Shown here: piece by piece, positions 43,879 through 53,369 of the stretch
How the letters are laid out: each line of letters starts with the position of its first letter
Numbering within the stretch: position 1 is the stretch's first letter
Source: Anaeromyxobacteraceae bacterium
Lineage (GTDB): Bacteria; Myxococcota; Myxococcia; Myxococcales; Anaeromyxobacteraceae
Direction of reading: 5' to 3'
DNA length: 64,000 nt
NCBI GenBank assembly: GCA_047602405.1
Contig: JASGHJ010000001.1
Location: forward strand, 1,600,001-1,664,000
Notes under the pieces: model-generated
What the model saw: the letters and a program-made list of their open reading frames with translations, nothing else
Databases searched by the model: none
What the model was told of the DNA's origin: nothing
Position numbers and translations under genes: made by a program

Positions 43879-45366
43879 ATGGCCAAGAGGAGCACGCCGC
43901 CCGACGCGAAGTCGGGGAAGCAGCCGTCGGGCAAGCAGTCGTCGGGCAAGCAGTCGTCGGGCAAGCAGTCGTCGGGGAAGAAGCCCGCGCCCATCTCTCG
44001 CGCCGCGCTCGCCGGGGACGCAGATCCCCGGCTCGTGGCGCTCTCCGTCTCCATCCAGGACGACGGCGCGCTCCACGCGGAGGACATCCGCGGCAGCCAG
44101 GCCCACGTGGGCATGCTCGCGGCCCGCGGCATCGTCCCGCAGGCCGTCGCGCGCCGCGTGACCGCCGCGCTCGACCAGGTCCGGGCCGAGTTCGCGGCGG
44201 GCAAGATCCGCTTCGATCCCGCGCTCGAGGACGTGCACACCCACGTCGAGCGCCGCCTCGGCGAGCTCGTCGGCAAGGACGCCGGCTACCTCCACGCCGG
44301 CCGCAGCCGCAACGACCAGGTCGCGCTCGACGAGCGGCTCTTCATCGTGGCCGCCTGCGACCGGTGCGACGCGGCCCTCGCCGGGCTGCAGCGCGCGCTC
44401 GTCGGCCAGGCCCGCCGCCACGAGGCCACCATCCTCCCCGGCTACACGCACCTCCAGCGCGCGCAGCCGGTCTCGCTCGCGCACCACTTCCTCGCCCACG
44501 TCGAGGCGCTCGGCCGCGATCGCGACCGGCTCGCCGACGTGCGCCGCCGCGCGGCGATCTCGCCGCTCGGGTCGGGCGCGCTCGCCGGCTCGACGCTCCC
44601 CCTCGACCGCGAGGCCGTGGCGGCCCGGCTCGGGCTCGCGGGCGTGACCCGGAACTCGCTCGACGCGGTCTCCGACCGCGACTCGGCCGCGGAGCTGCTC
44701 TTCGCGGTCGCGCTCGCGGCGGTGCACCTCTCCCGCCTCGGCGAGGAGATCGTGCTCTGGACGACGAAGGAGTTCGGCTTCATGACGCTCGCCGACGCCT
44801 TCGCGACCGGCTCGTCGCTCATGCCGCAGAAGAAGAACCCGGACGTGGGGGAGCTCGCGCGCGGCCGCGCCGGGCGCGCCATCGGGGACCTCGTCTCCCT
44901 GCTCGCGATCCTGAAGGGGCTGCCGCTCTCGTACAACCGCGACCTGCAGGAGGACAAGCGGCCGCTGCTCGGCGGGCCGGAGGCCCTCGCGCTCACCGCC
45001 GCGGCGCTCGACGGCGCGGTCGAGACCGCCACCTTCCACGCCGACCGCATGGCGGAGGCGCTCGGCTCGGGCGAGGCGCTCGCCACCGACGCGGCCGAGT
45101 ACCTCGTCGAGCGCGGGGTCCCGTTCCGCGAGGCGCACGAGGCGGTCGGGAAGGCGGCGGCGCTGTCGGCGCGGACGGGCCGGCCCATCGCGAAGCTGAC
45201 CGCGGCGGAGTGGGCGAGCTTCCACCGGAAGTTCGAGAAGGACGTGCTCAAGGTGTTCGACGCCCGCAAGAGCCTGCGCCGCCGGGACCTCCCCGGCGCG
45301 CCCGGGCCGAGGCAGGTGCGGGCGGAGCTCCGGCGGTGGGAGAAGGCGCTGGGGAGGAAGCGGTGA
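43879..45366 (+). CDS. argH: Argininosuccinate lyase
   Basis: [22 protein letters not shown] and [12 protein letters not shown]. Confidence 0.95.
   Translation: MAKRSTPPDAKSGKQPSGKQSSGKQSSGKQSSGKKPAPISRAALAGDADPRLVALSVSIQDDGALHAEDIRGSQAHVGMLAARGIVPQAVARRVTAALDQVRAEFAAGKIRFDPALEDVHTHVERRLGELVGKDAGYLHAGRSRNDQVALDERLFIVAACDRCDAALAGLQRALVGQARRHEATILPGYTHLQRAQPVSLAHHFLAHVEALGRDRDRLADVRRRAAISPLGSGALAGSTLPLDREAVAARLGLAGVTRNSLDAVSDRDSAAELLFAVALAAVHLSRLGEEIVLWTTKEFGFMTLADAFATGSSLMPQKKNPDVGELARGRAGRAIGDLVSLLAILKGLPLSYNRDLQEDKRPLLGGPEALALTAAALDGAVETATFHADRMAEALGSGEALATDAAEYLVERGVPFREAHEAVGKAAALSARTGRPIAKLTAAEWASFHRKFEKDVLKVFDARKSLRRRDLPGAPGPRQVRAELRRWEKALGRKR
43912..43980 (+). repeat. 15-bp coding tandem repeat (SGKQS x about 4.5) in the ArgH N-terminus
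   Basis: tcgggcaagcagtcg units. Confidence 0.85.
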
Positions 45367-45581
45367 GGGTCCCTCGTCTTCGTCCGCTCATGCCGAGCGT
45401 AGGCTCCGCGGTGCGTAGCACCGCGGGCCGGAGTCGAGGCACGCTCGGGACGAACGGGCTCTTGATCGTTGCGTGTCTGGTCTTCACCGCCGCCTGCGGC
45501 GTGAAGGCCCCGCCCCGGCCCCCGAAGGCGCCCGCGGCGCCGGTGCAGCCCGCCCCCAGCTCCAGCCCGGACGGCAAGTGA
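45363..45581 (+). CDS. Small lipoprotein (LptM/YifL/LppL-like position and motif) with in-frame repeat insertion
   Basis: GTGA overlaps with both argH and lys[15 protein letters not shown] lipobox and motif. Confidence 0.65.
   Translation: MRVPRLRPLMPSVGSAVRSTAGRSRGTLGTNGLLIVACLVFTAACGVKAPPRPPKAPAAPVQPAPSSSPDGK
45370..45457. repeat. Nested composite REP-like element (88 bp), inverted relative to 46830-46917
   Basis: About 77/88 identical by eye to the reverse complement of 46830-46917. Confidence 0.85.
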
Positions 45582-46963
45582 ACCACTTCCAGCGCAGGCG
45601 CGGCGTGCTCCACGCCGAAGGGATCACCGTCGAGGCCCTCGCGGCCGAGCACGGCACCCCGCTCTACGTCTACTCGACCGCGACCCTCACCCGGCACTGG
45701 CGCGTGCTGCACCGCTCGCTCGCCGGCGTCCGTCACACCGTCTGCTACGCGGTGAAGGCGAACTCGAACCTCGCCGTGCTCTCGCTCTTCGCGAAGCTCG
45801 GCTCGGGCTTCGACATCGTCTCGGGCGGCGAGCTGTACCGCGTGCTCCAGGCGGGCGGCGACGCCTCGAAGGTGGTCTTTAGCGGCGTGGGCAAGCGCGA
45901 CGACGAGCTCGCCTTCGCGCTCTCCGCCGGCGTGCGGGTCATCGACGTCGAGAGCGCGCCGGAGCTCGCCCGGATCTCGATCGTGGCGCGCCGCCTCGGC
46001 GTGCGTGCGCCCATCGCGCTGCGGGTGAACCCGGACGTCGATCCCCGGACGCACCCGTACATCGCGACCGGCCTGCGCGAGTCGAAGTTCGGCGTGGACG
46101 TGGCCGAGGCGCGGCGGCTGTACGCGCTCGCGGCGAAGGACGAGGCCCTCGAGGTGAAGGGCATCGCCTGCCACATCGGCTCGCAGATCACGACGATGCG
46201 GCCGTTCCTCGACGCGGTGGGCCGGGTGCTCTCGCTCGCCCGCGATCTCCGGAGGCAGGGCATCCCCATCCGCCACCTCGACGTCGGCGGCGGCCTCGGC
46301 ATCCGCTACAAGGACGAGGACCCGCCGCACCCCGACGCGTACGGCGAGGCCATCCGGAAGGCGCTCGGCGGGTTCGACGGCGAGGTGCTGCTCGAGCCGG
46401 GCCGGGTGCTCGTCGGCAACGCCGGCGTGCTCGTCACCCGCGTGCTGTACGTGAAGCGGAGCGGGAAGAAGGTGTTCGTGGTGGTGGACGCCGCCATGAA
46501 CGACCTCGTCCGCCCCGCGTTCTACGACGCCCACCACGAGCTCGAGCTCGCCGGCCCGCCGAGGAAGGGCGCCCGCGAGATCGTCGCCGACGTGGTCGGC
46601 CCGATCTGCGAGTCGTCCGACTTCCTGGCGAGGAGGCGGCGGCTGCAGGAGCCGGAGCCGGGCGACCTCCTCGTCGTGCGCTCGGCCGGTGCGTACGGGT
46701 TCACGATGTCCTCGAACTACAACGCCCGCCCGCGCGCGGCGGAGGTGCTCGTCGACGGCGCGCAGGCCTTCGTGGGCCGCCGCCGCGAGACCTACGCGGA
46801 CCTCGTCCGGGGCGAGCGGCCGCTCCCGACCGCTCATCCTGAGCGTGCTTCGACTTCGGCCCGCGGTGCTACGCACCGCGGCGCCTACGCTCAGCATGAG
46901 CGGCCGAAGTCGAAGGGGGCGGGCGCGAAGTCGAAGGACCCGAAGCGCGCCCGGATCGGTTAA
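45578..46963 (+). CDS. lysA: Diaminopimelate decarboxylase
   Basis: GTPLYVYS, YAVKANSN, HIGSQ, EPGR, GPICESSD and GAYGFTMSSNYN. Confidence 0.95.
   Translation: MNHFQRRRGVLHAEGITVEALAAEHGTPLYVYSTATLTRHWRVLHRSLAGVRHTVCYAVKANSNLAVLSLFAKLGSGFDIVSGGELYRVLQAGGDASKVVFSGVGKRDDELAFALSAGVRVIDVESAPELARISIVARRLGVRAPIALRVNPDVDPRTHPYIATGLRESKFGVDVAEARRLYALAAKDEALEVKGIACHIGSQITTMRPFLDAVGRVLSLARDLRRQGIPIRHLDVGGGLGIRYKDEDPPHPDAYGEAIRKALGGFDGEVLLEPGRVLVGNAGVLVTRVLYVKRSGKKVFVVVDAAMNDLVRPAFYDAHHELELAGPPRKGAREIVADVVGPICESSDFLARRRRLQEPEPGDLLVVRSAGAYGFTMSSNYNARPRAAEVLVDGAQAFVGRRRETYADLVRGERPLPTAHPERASTSARGATHRGAYAQHERPKSKGAGAKSKDPKRARIG
46830..46917. repeat. Nested composite REP-like element in frame in the LysA C-terminal tail
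   Basis: ccgctcatcctgagcgtgcttcgacttcggcccgcggtgctacgcaccgcggcgcctacgctcagcatgagcggccgaagtcgaaggg. Confidence 0.85.
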
Positions 46964-47001
46964 GTTTCCCGCCTCGAGGCTCTCCCCCGGAGGTTCCGTA
47001 G

Positions 47002-47892
47002 ATGGCCAGGCTGGAAGGCTCCATGGTGGCGATCGTCACGCCCATGAAGGACGGGCGCGTCGACACGAAGGCGCTCGCCGACCTCGTGGCGTGGCAGGTC
47101 TCCGAGGGCACCGACGGCATCGTGCCCTGCGGGACGACCGGCGAGGGCGCGACCCTCACCGCCGCCGAGGCCGCCGAGGTGGTGAAGACCACCGTCGAGG
47201 TCTGCCGCGGGAAGGCGCTCGTCGTCGCCGGCGCCGGCTCGAACGCGACCCACGTGGCCATCGAGGGCGTGAAGTCGGCGAAGGCGCTCGGCGCCGACGC
47301 CGCGCTCGTGGTGACGCCCTACTACAACAAGCCCACGCAGGAGGGGCTCTACCGGCACTACGTCGCGATCTGGGAGGCGACCCGCTTCCCGGTGGTCGCC
47401 TACAACGTGCCCGGCCGCACCTCGGTCGACATGCTGCCCGAGACCGTCGCGCGGCTCGCGAAGGCGGGTGCCATCGTCGGCATCAAGGAGGCGACGGCGA
47501 GCATGGACCGCCAGGTCCAGCTCGTCGAGAAGGTCGGGAAGGACGCGCTCTCCTACCTGTCCGGCGACGACTTCACGACGCTCCCGTACCTCGCCTGCGG
47601 CGGCCACGGCACGATCTCGGTGACCGCCAACGTCGCGCCCAGGGCCGTGAAGGAGCTCGTGGTCGCGGCCCGGAGGCCCGACCTCGTGACCGCGCTCCGG
47701 CTCCAGGCGGCCATGGGCGAGCTCAACCGCGCCATGTTCCTCGAGACGAACCCCGGCCCGGTGAAGGCGGGCGTGAACCTGCTCGGCCGCTGCGGTCCGG
47801 AGCTGCGCCTCCCGCTCGCGCCCGTCTCCGACGCGAACCTCGCGAAGGTGCGCGAGGCGATGGTGAAGTTCGGCCTCCCGGTGAAGGGGTAG
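47002..47892 (+). CDS. dapA: 4-hydroxy-tetrahydrodipicolinate synthase
   Basis: AIVTPM, CGTTGE, TPYYNKP, YNVPGRT and GIKEAT. Confidence 0.95.
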   Translation: MARLEGSMVAIVTPMKDGRVDTKALADLVAWQVSEGTDGIVPCGTTGEGATLTAAEAAEVVKTTVEVCRGKALVVAGAGSNATHVAIEGVKSAKALGADAALVVTPYYNKPTQEGLYRHYVAIWEATRFPVVAYNVPGRTSVDMLPETVARLAKAGAIVGIKEATASMDRQVQLVEKVGKDALSYLSGDDFTTLPYLACGGHGTISVTANVAPRAVKELVVAARRPDLVTALRLQAAMGELNRAMFLETNPGPVKAGVNLLGRCGPELRLPLAPVSDANLAKVREAMVKFGLPVKG

Positions 47893-47895
47893 GAC

Positions 47896-48699
47896 ATGAC
47901 GAAGGTGGTGGTCACCGGCGCCGCGGGCCGGATGGGCGGGACGATCATCCGCCTGCTCGCGGGCGCGGACGGCCTCTCGCTCCACGCGGCCGTCGAGCGC
48001 CCGGGCGGCCCCGGCGGCGACGCCGGCGTCGCGGCCGGGCTCCCGGCGAACGGCATCACGATCGGCCACGACCTCGCCGCCGCGCTCCAGGGCGCCTCGG
48101 TGGTCGTCGACTTCACGAGCCACGAGGCCTCCGCCCGGCACGCGGCGCTCTGCGCCGAGCGGGGCGTCGCGCTCGTGGTCGGCTCCACCGGCTTCACGCC
48201 CGAGTCCCGCGCGAAGGTGGCCGAGGCGGCGAAGCGGATCCCGGTCGTCCTCTCGCCCAACATGAGCGTGGGCGTGAACGTGCTCTTCGACCTCGTCCGG
48301 CGCGCCGCCGCCACGCTCGGCGACGCCTACGACGTCGAGATCGTCGAGCTCCACCACAGGAAGAAGAAGGACGCGCCCTCCGGCACCGCCGAGAAGCTCG
48401 CCGAGGTCGCGGTCGAGGCGCTGGGCCGGTCGCGCGACGTCCTCGCCTACGAGCGCCACGGCATGATCGGCGAGCGGCCGGCGAGGGAGATCGGCGTGCA
48501 GACGCTCCGCGGCGGCGACGTCGTGGGCGAGCACACCGTCTACTTCTGCGGCGAGGGCGAGCGGCTCGAGCTCACCCACCGCGCCACCTCCCGCGAGCAG
48601 TTCGCGCGCGGCGCCCTGCGCGCCGCCGGCTGGCTCGCCGGGAAGCCGGCGGGGCTCTACGACATGGCGGACGTGCTGGGCCTCCGGGAGAAGAAGTGA
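47896..48699 (+). CDS. dapB: 4-hydroxy-tetrahydrodipicolinate reductase
   Basis: [18 protein letters not shown] and [15 protein letters not shown]. Confidence 0.95.
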   Translation: MTKVVVTGAAGRMGGTIIRLLAGADGLSLHAAVERPGGPGGDAGVAAGLPANGITIGHDLAAALQGASVVVDFTSHEASARHAALCAERGVALVVGSTGFTPESRAKVAEAAKRIPVVLSPNMSVGVNVLFDLVRRAAATLGDAYDVEIVELHHRKKKDAPSGTAEKLAEVAVEALGRSRDVLAYERHGMIGERPAREIGVQTLRGGDVVGEHTVYFCGEGERLELTHRATSREQFARGALRAAGWLAGKPAGLYDMADVLGLREKK

Positions 48700-49448
48700 G
48701 GGTCTGCCGCTACCGCCTCCGCGGTCAGGACCGCTACGGCCTCGTCGAGGGCGACCGCGTGAAGCCGCTCACCGCGGCGCCGTGGTCGGGCGGCACGCCC
48801 GAGGGCGCGGTCGTCCCGCTCGCCGACGTGCGGCTGCTCGCGCCGGTCGAGCCGTCGAAGGTGGCCTGCGTCGGGCGGAACTACCGCGCCCACGCGAAGG
48901 AGCTCGGCAACGAGGTGCCCGTCGAGCCGATGTTCTTCCTGAAGCCCTCCACCGCGGTCGTCGGCCCCGGCGAAGAGATCCGCTGCCCGCCGCAGTCGAA
49001 GGAGGTCCACTTCGAGGCGGAGCTCGCGGTGGTGATCGGGCGGACGCTCACCCGCGCGACGCCGGTCGAGGCGCGGATGGGCATCTTCGGGTACGCCTGC
49101 CTGAACGACGTCACCGCCCGCGACATCCAGCGCGCCGAGAAGCAGTTCACCCGCGCGAAGGGCTTCGACACCTTCTGCCCGATCGGCCCGGTGGTGGAGA
49201 CCGGCGTCGACCCGCTCGACCTCGGCGTGATCTGCCGCCTCAACGGCCAGGAGCGCCAGCGCGGCTCGACGCGCGACATGGTCCACGACGTCTTCGCGCT
49301 CGTCGCGTACGTCTCGCAGGTGATGACGCTGCTCCCGGGCGACGTCGTCTCCACCGGCACGCCCGAGGGCGTGGGCCAGCTGCAGCGCGGCGACTGGGTC
49401 GAGGTGGAGATCCCCGGGATCGGGCTGCTCAGGAACCCGGTGGTGTAG
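48696..49448 (+). CDS. Fumarylacetoacetate hydrolase family protein
   Basis: [26 protein letters not shown] and [12 protein letters not shown]. Confidence 0.9.
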   Translation: MRVCRYRLRGQDRYGLVEGDRVKPLTAAPWSGGTPEGAVVPLADVRLLAPVEPSKVACVGRNYRAHAKELGNEVPVEPMFFLKPSTAVVGPGEEIRCPPQSKEVHFEAELAVVIGRTLTRATPVEARMGIFGYACLNDVTARDIQRAEKQFTRAKGFDTFCPIGPVVETGVDPLDLGVICRLNGQERQRGSTRDMVHDVFALVAYVSQVMTLLPGDVVSTGTPEGVGQLQRGDWVEVEIPGIGLLRNPVV

Positions 49449-49467
49449 TGGCCGGCGCCGCGGCGGC

Positions 49468-50112
49468 TCAGCGCTTGCGGCCGAAGAGGTTCAGCCGGAC
49501 GCCGACCTCGAAGGTCACCCCGCCGATCCAGGCCGGGTTGTACGCGAAGAACGTCGCGTAGGCGCCGTCGTAGCTCACCCCCGCGAGGAGATCGATCCGG
49601 TCGCCGAGCGGGATGGCGGCGCCGCCGCTCACGTGCAGGCCCATGCGGCGCTGGGTGCTCCAGCCGACGACCTGGCTCGTCGCGTCGGTCGTCGTGCGGT
49701 GGGCCGACGAGCGGGAGACACCGAGCCCGACGGAACCCTCGGTGTGCACCGGGCCGAGGCTGCCGAAGATCCGCAGCGCGGGGACCGCCACGAACTGGGT
49801 GATGCGGTCGAGCCGGCCCTGGTCGGCGGAGTCCCGCGAGGTCGCGGAGCGGCGGGCCTCGAGCTCGAGGCCGTAGCTCGTGCCGAAGCGCCAGCCGAGG
49901 CGGCCGCCGAAGGCGTAGCCGAGCGGCAGGTCGCCGAGCTCCGGCCCCTCGCCGGTCGGCAGGAACGGGCCGCCGAGGACGGTGAGCTGGAGGCCCCGCG
50001 GGCCGGTATCGGGGGCGTCCTCCTCGTCGACCTGCGCCATGGCGAGGGCCGGGGTCAGCGCGAGGGCGAGGGCTGCGAGCCGGGCGGAGGCGAAGCGGGC
50101 GGAGGCGAGCAT
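49468..50112 (-). CDS. Outer-membrane beta-barrel domain protein
   Basis: Signal peptide (ALAMA-Q) and alternating beta-strand pattern ending EVGVRLNLF. Confidence 0.65.
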   Translation of the reverse strand: MLASARFASARLAALALALTPALAMAQVDEEDAPDTGPRGLQLTVLGGPFLPTGEGPELGDLPLGYAFGGRLGWRFGTSYGLELEARRSATSRDSADQGRLDRITQFVAVPALRIFGSLGPVHTEGSVGLGVSRSSAHRTTTDATSQVVGWSTQRRMGLHVSGGAAIPLGDRIDLLAGVSYDGAYATFFAYNPAWIGGVTFEVGVRLNLFGRKR

Positions 50113-50208
50113 CGGTGGGTGGCTCCAGGGTGGTGGCCGCGGGCACAGGTTCTCCCGGCACGCACGTTCGGTCAACCCCTGGCCCCGTCCGTGGTCCCGG
50201 GCTATGGG

Positions 50209-50709
50209 ATGCGCGTGCGCGCGTACGTGGCGGTGGGCAGCAACCTCGGGGATCGGTGGGCACGGCTGGGCGCCGCCGCCCGCGGGATCGCGGCGCTGCC
50301 GCGCACGGCGGTGGTCGGCGCCTCCCGGGTGTTCGACACGGCGCCCGTCGGCCCGCCGCAGCCGCGGTACCTGAACGCCGTCCTCGCGCTCGAGACCGGG
50401 TTGCCGCCCGAGGCGCTCCTCCGGATGCTGCGCTCCGTCGAGGCCCGCGCGCTCCGCCGCCGCGACCAGCGCTGGGGCGCGCGCACGCTCGACCTCGACC
50501 TCCTCCTGCACGGCGAGGCCGTCCTGCGCACGCCGGCGCTGGTCCTGCCGCACCCGGGGCTCACCGCGCGGCGCTTCGTGCTCGCGCCCCTCGCCGACCT
50601 CGCGCCGGGCCTGGTCGTCCCCGGCACGGGGCTCGACGTCGCGGCGCTGCTCGCGCGCGCGCCCGGCGCGGCGGACGAGGTCGTGCCGGTGGGGCGCTAC
50701 CCGCGCTGA
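50209..50709 (+). CDS. folK: 2-amino-4-hydroxy-6-hydroxymethyldihydropteridine pyrophosphokinase
   Basis: YVAVGSNLGDR, YLNAV, WGARTLDLDLL and LPHP...RRFVLAPL. Confidence 0.93.
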   Translation: MRVRAYVAVGSNLGDRWARLGAAARGIAALPRTAVVGASRVFDTAPVGPPQPRYLNAVLALETGLPPEALLRMLRSVEARALRRRDQRWGARTLDLDLLLHGEAVLRTPALVLPHPGLTARRFVLAPLADLAPGLVVPGTGLDVAALLARAPGAADEVVPVGRYPR

Positions 50710-50715
50710 GCCACC

Positions 50716-51258
50716 TCAGAGCAGGTCGGGATCGAAGTCCGACGGCTCGAGCGCGTTCCACTGCCAGTCCATCGCGGCGAGCACGCGGGCCTCGTCGCCG
50801 TCGCGCTCCGGGAGGCGCTTCCTCGCCGGGCCGGGGGTGACGGCCCCCTCGGCGAGGCCGAGCCGCTCGAGGACCGGGCCCCAGCGCCCGGCCGGGCCGA
50901 ACGCGGTGACGACGCCGCGGCGGTCGAGGGCGAGCGTGGAGGGCTCCGCGCCGGACATGATCCACAGGCCGTGACGGCCGTCCTGCTCGAGGAAGTCGCC
51001 GAACGCGCCGAGGAGCTGGTCGAGCGCCGAGCGCAGCACCGGCCGCGGCGACTGGTACCGGCCCTCGGGCCGGAAGGTGTGCGACTCGAGGAGCACGTAG
51101 ACGACCGCGAAGGGCTCGCCGAGCTCGGCCGAGAGCGCGCGGAACAGCTTCATCGGCTCCAGCGGCGCGGCCGCGAGCTGCTCGGCGCCGCCCTCGAGGC
51201 GGCGCTCGTAGGTCTCGCGCGGGGCCGCGCTCCCGTCGACTCCGGACGTCTCGCCCAT
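50716..51258 (-). CDS. Hypothetical protein
   Basis: Coding-like ORF of 180 aa; no recognised motif. Confidence 0.6.
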   Translation of the reverse strand: MGETSGVDGSAAPRETYERRLEGGAEQLAAAPLEPMKLFRALSAELGEPFAVVYVLLESHTFRPEGRYQSPRPVLRSALDQLLGAFGDFLEQDGRHGLWIMSGAEPSTLALDRRGVVTAFGPAGRWGPVLERLGLAEGAVTPGPARKRLPERDGDEARVLAAMDWQWNALEPSDFDPDLL

Positions 51259-51303
51259 GGGGCGGGTCTACCACGGCCCAGGCCCGCGCGCAGGCCGCCG
51301 AGA

Positions 51304-51750
51304 TCACCGCGCGCCCGCCCCGGCGCCGGCCGGCTCGCGCGCGCCGCGGGCCAGGCGGGCCACGAGGTGGGCCATCACGCGCAGGGCGAGCGGCTCCAGG
51401 AACGGGCCGGGGCTGGTCGCGAGCCGCCAGAGGAGCGCCGCGAGGGCGGCGTCGCTCACCCGCTCGCGCTCGCTCGACCACCAGTCGGCGATCCGGATCA
51501 TCGGCCAGTGCGTGACCATGTCCTCGAAGGGCGCGGTGCAGGCGTCGAGCGCGCCCTCCACGGCCCGGGCGAGCGCGCAGGCGCGGGTGCTCGCCACGAG
51601 GAGCCGGATGCGGAGGGCGTCCTCGCGGGGCTCGAGCGCGTCTCCGCACGTGCGGGCCACGAGCGCGCGGAGGTCCTCGCCGCCGAGCAGCACGCTCACG
51701 GCGAGCGACGTCACCTCGGGGGAGACGTCCCAGAATCCGCCGCGCCGCAC
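51304..51750 (-). CDS. Hypothetical protein, divergent from the feo operon; start uncertain
   Basis: RRGGFWDVSPEV...LAALLWRLATSP; upstream Fur-like box. Confidence 0.55.
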   Translation of the reverse strand: MRRGGFWDVSPEVTSLAVSVLLGGEDLRALVARTCGDALEPREDALRIRLLVASTRACALARAVEGALDACTAPFEDMVTHWPMIRIADWWSSERERVSDAALAALLWRLATSPGPFLEPLALRVMAHLVARLARGAREPAGAGAGAR

Positions 51751-51829
51751 GACCGGAGGCGTGCGCGCGGGTCGGGTCCGAGTCCTCGCAGCCGGGGCAT
51801 TCGCGGACCCGAGGGCCCTCGCCAGAGTT

Positions 51830-51848
51830 GCGAATGAGACGCAGTTTC
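51830..51848. promoter_or_regulatory. Putative Fur-like box
   Basis: GCGAATGAGACGCAGTTTC matches GATAATGATAATCATTATC at 12/19 positions. Confidence 0.45.
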
Positions 51849-52122
51849 ATGTTTCGAGGGTAGGCGGTACCGCGGCGAAGATCAACCCGGGCGGCCAGGA
51901 GGGGCGCCGAGAACGGTCTCGTTCCCCGTCGGCGCGTGCGGCAAGTGGTCGCGCTCCGGCCCGCGCCGGATCCCCGCAAGAGGCCGATTACCGCCCGGAT
52001 CCCGGGCGTCTCGCGGCGGAGGGCGACCCGCCGTCGAGAGAACGAGTCGCAACAAGACGCATCGAAATTGATCCCGCGCAAGGTCCGGCGCGGCGGGTGC
52101 CTGTAGAACGGCGTCCGAAGTT

Positions 52123-52141
52123 GAGAATGATTCTCGTTTTA
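52123..52141. promoter_or_regulatory. Fur box upstream of the feo operon
   Basis: GAGAATGATTCTCGTTTTA matches the Fur consensus at 13/19 positions; AT-rich island before iron genes. Confidence 0.7.
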
Positions 52142-52184
52142 GTTTGCAGTGCCCGCGCAGCCGCAGCTCTCAGGAGTGCCCGCC

Positions 52185-52922
52185 ATGCCCCTCGCCGCCT
52201 CGCTCCGCGCCGCCGTTCACGCGCTCACCGCCGCCGCGCTGCTCGCCGCCGGCCCCGCCCTCGCCCAGGGCGAGGAGGCCGAGGAGGTCGCCGGCGACGA
52301 GATCGTCGCCGAGGCGCTGTTCCTCGCCGACACGCTCCCGCCGGGGAGCCGGGACTTCAACCTCCAGCTCTCGGTGGCGCGCGACGAGGCCCACCGGCTC
52401 ACCACGTCGCCGACGCTGCAGTTCGCGGCCCCGCTCGGCGAGCGGCTCGGCTTCACGGTGGACGTCGGCATCCCCCGGGACAGCGGCGCCCTCGAGAACC
52501 CGGCCGCGTCGCTCAAGCTCGTCCTCCGCGAGGCGGCCGCCGACGCGACGGGCCTCTCGGCCTGCGCGGACGTGTACGGCTCGACGCACCGGGCCGCCGA
52601 CACGGAGGTCGCCCTCGGGCTCGGCGCGCTGCGCGCGGCGGGGCCCCTCGCGCTCCGCGCCTCGGCGCTCGTCGCGACCGGCGCCGGCGCCTGGGCGCCG
52701 CACCTCCACGCCGGGGCCTCCGCGGCGCTGGCCCTCTCGCCGCGGTGGCGCGCGCTCGCCGAGGTGGTCGCCGAGGTGAGCCGCGGGGGCACCGTGTTCT
52801 CGGCGGGCCCGACGTTCAAGGTGGCGCTCACCGACACCTTCGCGGTCATGGGTGGCGCGCTGTTCGAGCTCGGGAAGAGCGCCCTGCCGGTGTTCACCCT
52901 GCAGCTCTCGAGCACCATGTGA
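52185..52922 (+). CDS. Secreted, probable outer-membrane beta-barrel protein; first gene of the feo operon
   Basis: Signal peptide (PALA-Q), acidic N-terminus and amphipathic strands; AGGAG RBS. Confidence 0.6.
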   Translation: MPLAASLRAAVHALTAAALLAAGPALAQGEEAEEVAGDEIVAEALFLADTLPPGSRDFNLQLSVARDEAHRLTTSPTLQFAAPLGERLGFTVDVGIPRDSGALENPAASLKLVLREAAADATGLSACADVYGSTHRAADTEVALGLGALRAAGPLALRASALVATGAGAWAPHLHAGASAALALSPRWRALAEVVAEVSRGGTVFSAGPTFKVALTDTFAVMGGALFELGKSALPVFTLQLSSTM

Positions 52923-52932
52923 GGAGGCCGCG

Positions 52933-53139
52933 ATGATGCCGCTCGGGCTGCTCGGGGTCGGAGAGTCGGGAGAGATCGTCGGGGACGTCGCCGCGCAGCG
53001 CGCGGAGGACCTCGGGCTGCGCGCGGGACGGCGGGTGCAGATGCTCGCCAACGTCGGCGGCCCCGTGCTCGTGAAGGTGGACGGCTCGCGCATCGCGGTG
53101 GACCGCGGCGTGGCCATGCGCATCCAGGTGAGGATCTGA
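52933..53139 (+). CDS. feoA: Ferrous iron transport protein A
   Basis: RAEDLGLRAG and VLVKVDGSRIAVDRGVAMRIQV. Confidence 0.85.
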   Translation: MMPLGLLGVGESGEIVGDVAAQRAEDLGLRAGRRVQMLANVGGPVLVKVDGSRIAVDRGVAMRIQVRI

Positions 53140-53141
53140 CC

Positions 53142-53369
53142 GTGAACCTGTCGAACCTGAAGCCGGGCCAGCGCGCCCGCATCACCGCCCTCGGGGCGCT
53201 CGGGCCGATGAAGCGCCGGCTCATGGACATGGGCCTGCTGGCCGGCGCCGACGTGGTCGTCGAGAAGGTGGCGCCGCTCGGTGACCCCATCGAGGTCCGC
53301 ATCCGCAGCTACCACCTGTCGCTCCGCAAGGCCGAGGCCGAGGGCGTCGCAGTGGAGGTGCAGCCGTGA
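53142..53369 (+). CDS. feoA: Ferrous iron transport protein A (second copy)
   Basis: RRLMDMGL and KVAPLGDPIEVRIRSYHLSLRKAEA. Confidence 0.92.
   Translation: MNLSNLKPGQRARITALGALGPMKRRLMDMGLLAGADVVVEKVAPLGDPIEVRIRSYHLSLRKAEAEGVAVEVQP

Noticed and set aside
41125..45225. Very long ORFs in the track (e.g. 41125-45225 -, 25372-28584 +, 19668-22940 +, 2026-4740 +)
   Set aside because: These are antisense or alternative-frame shadows of real genes, expected at this GC content; they are Arg/Gly/Ala-rich with no motifs.
51751..51850. ATG at 51850 (MKLRLIRN...CPGC) as the frameshifted true start of the 51304-51750 gene
   Set aside because: This cannot be resolved from sequence alone. The stretch coincides with a Fur-like box and may be non-coding, so it is not counted among the frameshifts.
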